Of a stretch of DNA of 32,000 nt, positions 29,353 through 32,000 are shown piece by piece; position 1 is the stretch's first letter; each line of letters starts with the position of its first letter. The stretch is taken from positions 600,001-632,000 of the forward strand of contig NC_013771.1 of NCBI RefSeq assembly GCF_000025125.1. Reading direction: 5' to 3'. The stretch is from Candidatus Atelocyanobacterium thalassa isolate ALOHA (GTDB taxonomy: Bacteria > Cyanobacteriota > Cyanobacteriia > Cyanobacteriales > Microcystaceae). The notes under the pieces were generated by a model. It saw nothing but the letters and a program-made list of their open reading frames with translations, was not told where the DNA came from and did not search any database. The translations under genes and the position numbers were made by a program.

Positions 29353-29751
29353 ATGAATGAAATTCCAGATACTAATTCTTCAACATTAAAATACGGGGAA
29401 CGTAATATTATAGAAGGGGAACTAATTACATTCCCTAATCCTCGTATAGGTAGATCTTATAGCATACTAATTACTTTGCCTGAGTTTACCTGTAAATGTC
29501 CTTTCTCAGGTCATCCTGATTTTGCGACTCTTGAATTTAAATATGTTCCTAATCAAAAAATCTTAGAGCTTAAAGCGTTAAAACTTTATATAAATGGCTT
29601 TCGTGATAAATATATTTCTCACGAGGAATCAATCAATCAAATATTGGATGATTTTGTAGAAGCATGTGAACCTTCAGAAGCAACTTTAAAAGGTAATTTT
29701 AATCCAAGAGGAAATATACATACTGTTATTGAAGTTTGTTACAAAAAATAA
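29353..29751 (+). CDS. queF: NADPH-dependent 7-cyano-7-deazaguanine (preQ0) reductase, type I
   Basis: PEFTCKCPFSGHPDFATLEFKYVP (nucleophilic Cys region), ELKALKLYINGFRD and ISHEE motifs. 132 aa. Confidence 0.9.
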   Translation: MNEIPDTNSSTLKYGERNIIEGELITFPNPRIGRSYSILITLPEFTCKCPFSGHPDFATLEFKYVPNQKILELKALKLYINGFRDKYISHEESINQILDDFVEACEPSEATLKGNFNPRGNIHTVIEVCYKK

Positions 29752-29775
29752 TTAAGCGATCTTAATCAGCTAATT

Positions 29776-30726
29776 ATGAATTTAAAACTAATCGTAGAAG
29801 ATAAAGGTGATCGAATTGATCGTTGGTTATCAAAACATATTTTAAATATTTCACGTGCTCGTATTCAAAAACTTATTCAAGCAGGAAATATTATTTTAAA
29901 TAATAAAATATGTAAAACTAAAAAAGAGCAATTGATAGCCGGTGATTGTTTAGAAGTTTTTGTGCCATCACCTAAAAAATTAGAATTAATACCGGAAGCT
30001 ATTCCACTTGATGTTTTATATGAAGATAAATATTTAATTATTATTAATAAAGTAGCTGGGATGGTTGTACATCCGTCTCCCGGACATGAAAACGGAACTC
30101 TTGTCCATGCTTTATTGCATCATTGTAGAGATTTATCTGGTATTGGAGAAGTTCAAAGACCAGGTATAGTTCATCGTCTAGACAAAGATACGACAGGGAC
30201 AATAGTCATAGCAAAAACAGATTTTGTACATCAGCATTTACAAAAACAAATTAGAGATAGAGTAGTCGAAAGAGAGTATTTAGCTATCATACATGGTGTT
30301 TTAAAAAATAGAGAAAATAATGATAATGTAGTGAATAAAGGGGTTATAGATTTGCCTATTGGTCGTCATCTAATAGATAGAAAAAAGATGGCAGTCATGC
30401 CTTCTGAAAAGAACGGACGTAAAGCGGTTACTTACTGGAAAATTTTGGAGAGATTGGGTAACTATAGTATGGTTAATTTTAAACTAGGAACTGGCAGAAC
30501 TCACCAAATAAGAGTTCACAGTAGTTTCTTGGGTTGTCCTATATTAGGAGATCCATTGTATAGCTCTAATCATTCATTTAATATTAATTTGTCAGGTCAA
30601 GCATTACATGCTCATAAATTAAGTTTAATACATCCAGTTAGTTCAAATAAAATTGAAATAACTGCTAATCCCCCAATCGAATTTACAAAATTATTAAAAA
30701 CTCTACGAAGAAAAACAACTAACTAG
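29776..30726 (+). CDS. rluD: RluA-family 23S rRNA pseudouridine synthase (RluD-like, with N-terminal S4 domain)
   Basis: RIDRWLS... S4-like N-terminus, the catalytic HRLDKDTTG motif, and GRTHQIRVH. Confidence 0.88.
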   Translation: MNLKLIVEDKGDRIDRWLSKHILNISRARIQKLIQAGNIILNNKICKTKKEQLIAGDCLEVFVPSPKKLELIPEAIPLDVLYEDKYLIIINKVAGMVVHPSPGHENGTLVHALLHHCRDLSGIGEVQRPGIVHRLDKDTTGTIVIAKTDFVHQHLQKQIRDRVVEREYLAIIHGVLKNRENNDNVVNKGVIDLPIGRHLIDRKKMAVMPSEKNGRKAVTYWKILERLGNYSMVNFKLGTGRTHQIRVHSSFLGCPILGDPLYSSNHSFNINLSGQALHAHKLSLIHPVSSNKIEITANPPIEFTKLLKTLRRKTTN

Positions 30727-30736
30727 ATATATTATT

Positions 30737-30784
30737 CATTTAAACTAATTAGTTTTTTGTTGCTAAAATTAATTAGTTTAAATG
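30737..30784 (+). terminator. AT-rich stem-loop downstream of rluD (possible terminator)
   Basis: catttaaactaatt (30737-30750) and aattagtttaaatg (30771-30784) are exact reverse complements (14 bp). Pairing can extend 6 more bp inward (one G.U), leaving an 8-nt loop. It lies 11 nt after the rluD stop and has no clear U-run. Confidence 0.4.
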
Positions 30785-30859
30785 TTAAATCGATTAATAT
30801 ATGACCTTGGAAAATCATGTATTACCTTATGAAAAATTTATTTATTAGAGAAAATATAA

Positions 30860-32000
30860 GTGAAATCTAATTGGTCTATACAAGATAGTGAAGAGCTATA
30901 TGGATTAAAAAAATGGGGGAAGCCTTATTTTAATATTAATGATATAGGGCATATAATAGTTTCTCCTCAAAATAATAAGGATAAAGCTTTAAATCTCTTT
31001 AAATTAGTTCAAAACTTAGAAAAAAGAAATTTGAACTTACCTTTGTTAGTCCACTTTCCAGACATAATAGAAGATAGAATTGAACAGCTTAATAACTGTT
31101 TTGCTAAAGCGATGGTTAGATACAGTTATGATGGTTCATATCAAGGTGTTTTTCCCATTAAAGTCAATCAACAGCGCCATATAGTTGAATCAATTGTTAA
31201 CTATGGTTATAAGCATAAATATGGACTGGAAGTAGGGTCAAAGCCAGAATTACTTATTGCTTTAGCGCAGCTAAAAAATTCTAATTCTCTTCTTATATGT
31301 AACGGATATAAAGATAAAAAATATGTTGAAACAGCTGTTATAGCCTACCATTTAGGCTATAACATTCTAATAGTTGTTGAACAATTAAGTGAAATATATT
31401 TAGTAGCTGATGTTGTTCTAGAACATGGTATTAAACCAAACCTAGGAATTCGTGCAAAGCTAAGTGCTAAGGGGGATAGCCGCTGGGCTGACTCTGCAGG
31501 AGATAGAGCAAAATTTGGACTTAGTGTAACAGAAATCATATGTGCACTTGATCAATTACGTAAGTCTGAAATGCTTACCAAGCTTAAATTACTTCATTTT
31601 CATATAGGTTCTCAAATCTCTGCTATTGCAACTATAAAAGATGCATTGAGTGAAGCTAGTCAGATTTATGTAAACTTATGTCAACTTGGGGCTCCTATGG
31701 AATACTTTGATGTAGGTGGAGGCTTAGGGATTGATTATGATGGTTCAAATACTAATTTTCCTGCATCTAAGAACTACAGCATGCAAAATTACGCTAATGA
31801 TGTCGTTGCAGCTATTAAGACAGCCTGTAATAACAATGATATTGAAGTTCCCGTTATTGTCAGTGAAAGCGGTAGATCTGTAGCCTCTCATCAATCCATT
31901 CTCATAGTTAATGTTTTAGGAATAGATAAAATAGAAGAATTTAATGACACTATTGAAATTGAGAATTGCCATACATTGGTACAGGAAATATTAGAAATAT
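30860..32000 (+). CDS. speA: Biosynthetic arginine decarboxylase (5' part; open at the window end)
   Basis: Not in the ORF track because it has no stop within the window. The GTG at 30860, immediately preceded by an in-frame TAA, opens a frame reading VKSNWSIQDSEELYGLKKWGKPYFNIN..., FPIKVNQQR (PLP-Lys region), HFHIGSQ and DVGGGLGIDYDG. These are typical of SpeA. Confidence 0.88.
   Translation, partial: MKSNWSIQDSEELYGLKKWGKPYFNINDIGHIIVSPQNNKDKALNLFKLVQNLEKRNLNLPLLVHFPDIIEDRIEQLNNCFAKAMVRYSYDGSYQGVFPIKVNQQRHIVESIVNYGYKHKYGLEVGSKPELLIALAQLKNSNSLLICNGYKDKKYVETAVIAYHLGYNILIVVEQLSEIYLVADVVLEHGIKPNLGIRAKLSAKGDSRWADSAGDRAKFGLSVTEIICALDQLRKSEMLTKLKLLHFHIGSQISAIATIKDALSEASQIYVNLCQLGAPMEYFDVGGGLGIDYDGSNTNFPASKNYSMQNYANDVVAAIKTACNNNDIEVPVIVSESGRSVASHQSILIVNVLGIDKIEEFNDTIEIENCHTLVQEILEI

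Overview
This is an AT-rich cyanobacterial chromosomal segment (roughly 30% G+C by eye, not computed). I can support 29 protein-coding genes, one of them open at the right edge, plus one tRNA-Gly(GCC), one clearly decayed gene and several stem-loop terminators.

Gene content is almost entirely housekeeping:
- Photosynthetic electron transport: petH, psaL, psaI.
- Central and cofactor metabolism: tpiA, folP, cbiX, aroB, queF, speA, desC.
- Envelope: csaB, an O-antigen-ligase-like protein, a WecA-like GT4 enzyme.
- Proteolysis: clpP-clpX, an M48 peptidase.
- Translation and RNA: rpsU, rsmG, rluD, nusB, ruvX.
- Iron uptake: a futA/idiA-like binding protein.
- Hydrogenase maturation: hypC.
- Regulators: a GAF-PP2C phosphatase, lexA, and a ferredoxin-HTH protein with the architecture of the cyanobacterial nif activator CnfR/PatB.

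I saw no CRISPR array, transposase, integrase, phage gene or recognisable defence or toxin module. I do not see evidence for a novel multi-gene system here and will not invent one.

Observations worth a second look:
1. A previously unlisted RRM-type rbp pseudogene sits directly upstream of rpsU. It has lost its ATG, carries in-frame stops and has at least 3 frameshifts.
2. A CnfR/PatB-like regulator lies away from any nif gene, next to lexA, behind a 734-bp non-coding leader that contains a 12-bp palindrome.
3. The LexA protein's Ala-Gly cleavage site and Gly-x-Ser-Met nucleophile motif are not recognisable, yet a near-consensus cyanobacterial LexA box precedes its own start codon.
4. The FNR lacks the phycobilisome-anchoring CpcD domain.
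5. psaI is missing from the ORF track.
6. A 22-bp perfect inverted repeat lies between the convergent clpX and lexA.

The long gene-free AT-rich spacers, the pseudogene and the gene set (PSI, HypC, CnfR-like) fit a reduced-genome diazotrophic unicellular cyanobacterium, for example the UCYN-A / Atelocyanobacterium lineage. That is an inference and needs a database search to confirm.
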